DNA of 64,000 bases from Veleropilina oligotropha (Eukaryota): positions 62,001-126,000 of the forward strand of contig JBEUKZ010000126.1 of NCBI GenBank assembly GCA_048128005.1. The letters are read 5' to 3'. Both the position numbers and the translations under genes were made by a program. The notes beneath the pieces are model-generated. The model saw only the letters and a list, made by a program, of their open reading frames with translations, was not told where the DNA came from and did no database searches. Positions 63,625 to 64,000 of this stretch are shown in pieces. Every line of letters starts with the position of its first letter. Position 1 is the stretch's first letter.

Positions 63625-64000
63625 ATGGCTAAGAGCACCTTTGCTTTCAATAGGAGTGCGGCCTATTCGACCGGTGTGGTGTACCCAGCGAAGATCCAAG
63701 ATGAGCAGCTTACAAAACCAAGCGTCGTTGTCTCCTCGTCTGAATCTCCGGCCTTCGTGGCAGACTACCCAGACGTCTTTCAAAAATACCGCCTCCCTCA
63801 CGTCGCGAGTGATCGAGTGATCCAGGCCTGGCACAGTACACCGATGCGATTTTGGCAGAACAAGGTCAATTTCGCCGTATGGTGTGCTACAACAGGTTCC
63901 GGGATCTCCTCAGAAGACCACTTGAATGCTACTGCAGCCCTCGCCAGAGCTGTATTCACCTTCCACGTATACTATCAGGTCAGAAGGATCTTGACCGAGA
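63625..64000 (+). CDS. Polinton-associated conserved protein, N-terminal 125 aa, open to the window end (absent from the ORF track)
   Basis: MAKSTFAFNRSAAYSTG...PMRFWQNKVNFAVWCATTGSGISSEDHL...RAVFTFHVYYQVRRILTE; no stop codon; first ATG after an in-frame TGA at 63595. Confidence 0.72.
   Translation, partial: MAKSTFAFNRSAAYSTGVVYPAKIQDEQLTKPSVVVSSSESPAFVADYPDVFQKYRLPHVASDRVIQAWHSTPMRFWQNKVNFAVWCATTGSGISSEDHLNATAALARAVFTFHVYYQVRRILTE

Larger units (their letters stand above)
60300..64000. mobile_element. Terminal 3.7 kb of a Polinton/Maverick (adintovirus-like) endogenous DNA virus; runs off the window
   Basis: Sharp junction starting AGCAGCAG, GC-rich subterminal repeats, then tightly packed intronless GC-rich ORFs including a penton-like protein. 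pPolB, integrase, ATPase, protease and major capsid genes are not in the window. Confidence 0.8.

Noticed and set aside
63621..63650. TTG-initiated N-terminal extension of the penton (and of the 61405 ORF to 61902)
   Set aside because: Non-ATG starts come from the ORF caller; the first ATGs (63620, 61830) give sensible N-termini.

Overview
AT-rich, repeat-dense, intron-rich animal DNA (probably a lophotrochozoan or similar invertebrate; inference). Two host genes sit head-to-head about 540 bp apart. On the minus strand is a complete 17-exon leishmanolysin-like peptidase/invadolysin gene (LMLN, 7592-35027, 650 aa, HEILH zinc motif). On the plus strand are the first 13 exons of a lysosomal beta-mannosidase (MANBA, GH2; 35570-52163), whose remaining exons were not found in the window. 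The introns hold tRNA-derived SINEs, MITEs, Helitron/Helentron-type elements, CR1 and I-group LINE fragments, and minisatellites. Three accessory elements stand out. (1) From 60300 to the window end lies the end of a GC-rich, intronless Polinton/Maverick (adintovirus-like) element. It has an AGCAGCAG terminus, a penton-like ORF, a membrane-active ORF and, as its outermost gene, a secreted 8-Cys protein with an IL-17-like cystine-knot pattern (candidate virokine). (2) A TSD-flanked Neptune-type Penelope element in MANBA intron 6 carries an intact C2H2 zinc-finger ORF between its endonuclease and its hammerhead ribozyme. (3) A second Penelope element has hammerhead motifs with a swapped G3-C8 core. 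All family assignments come from motif recognition by eye; no database search was run.
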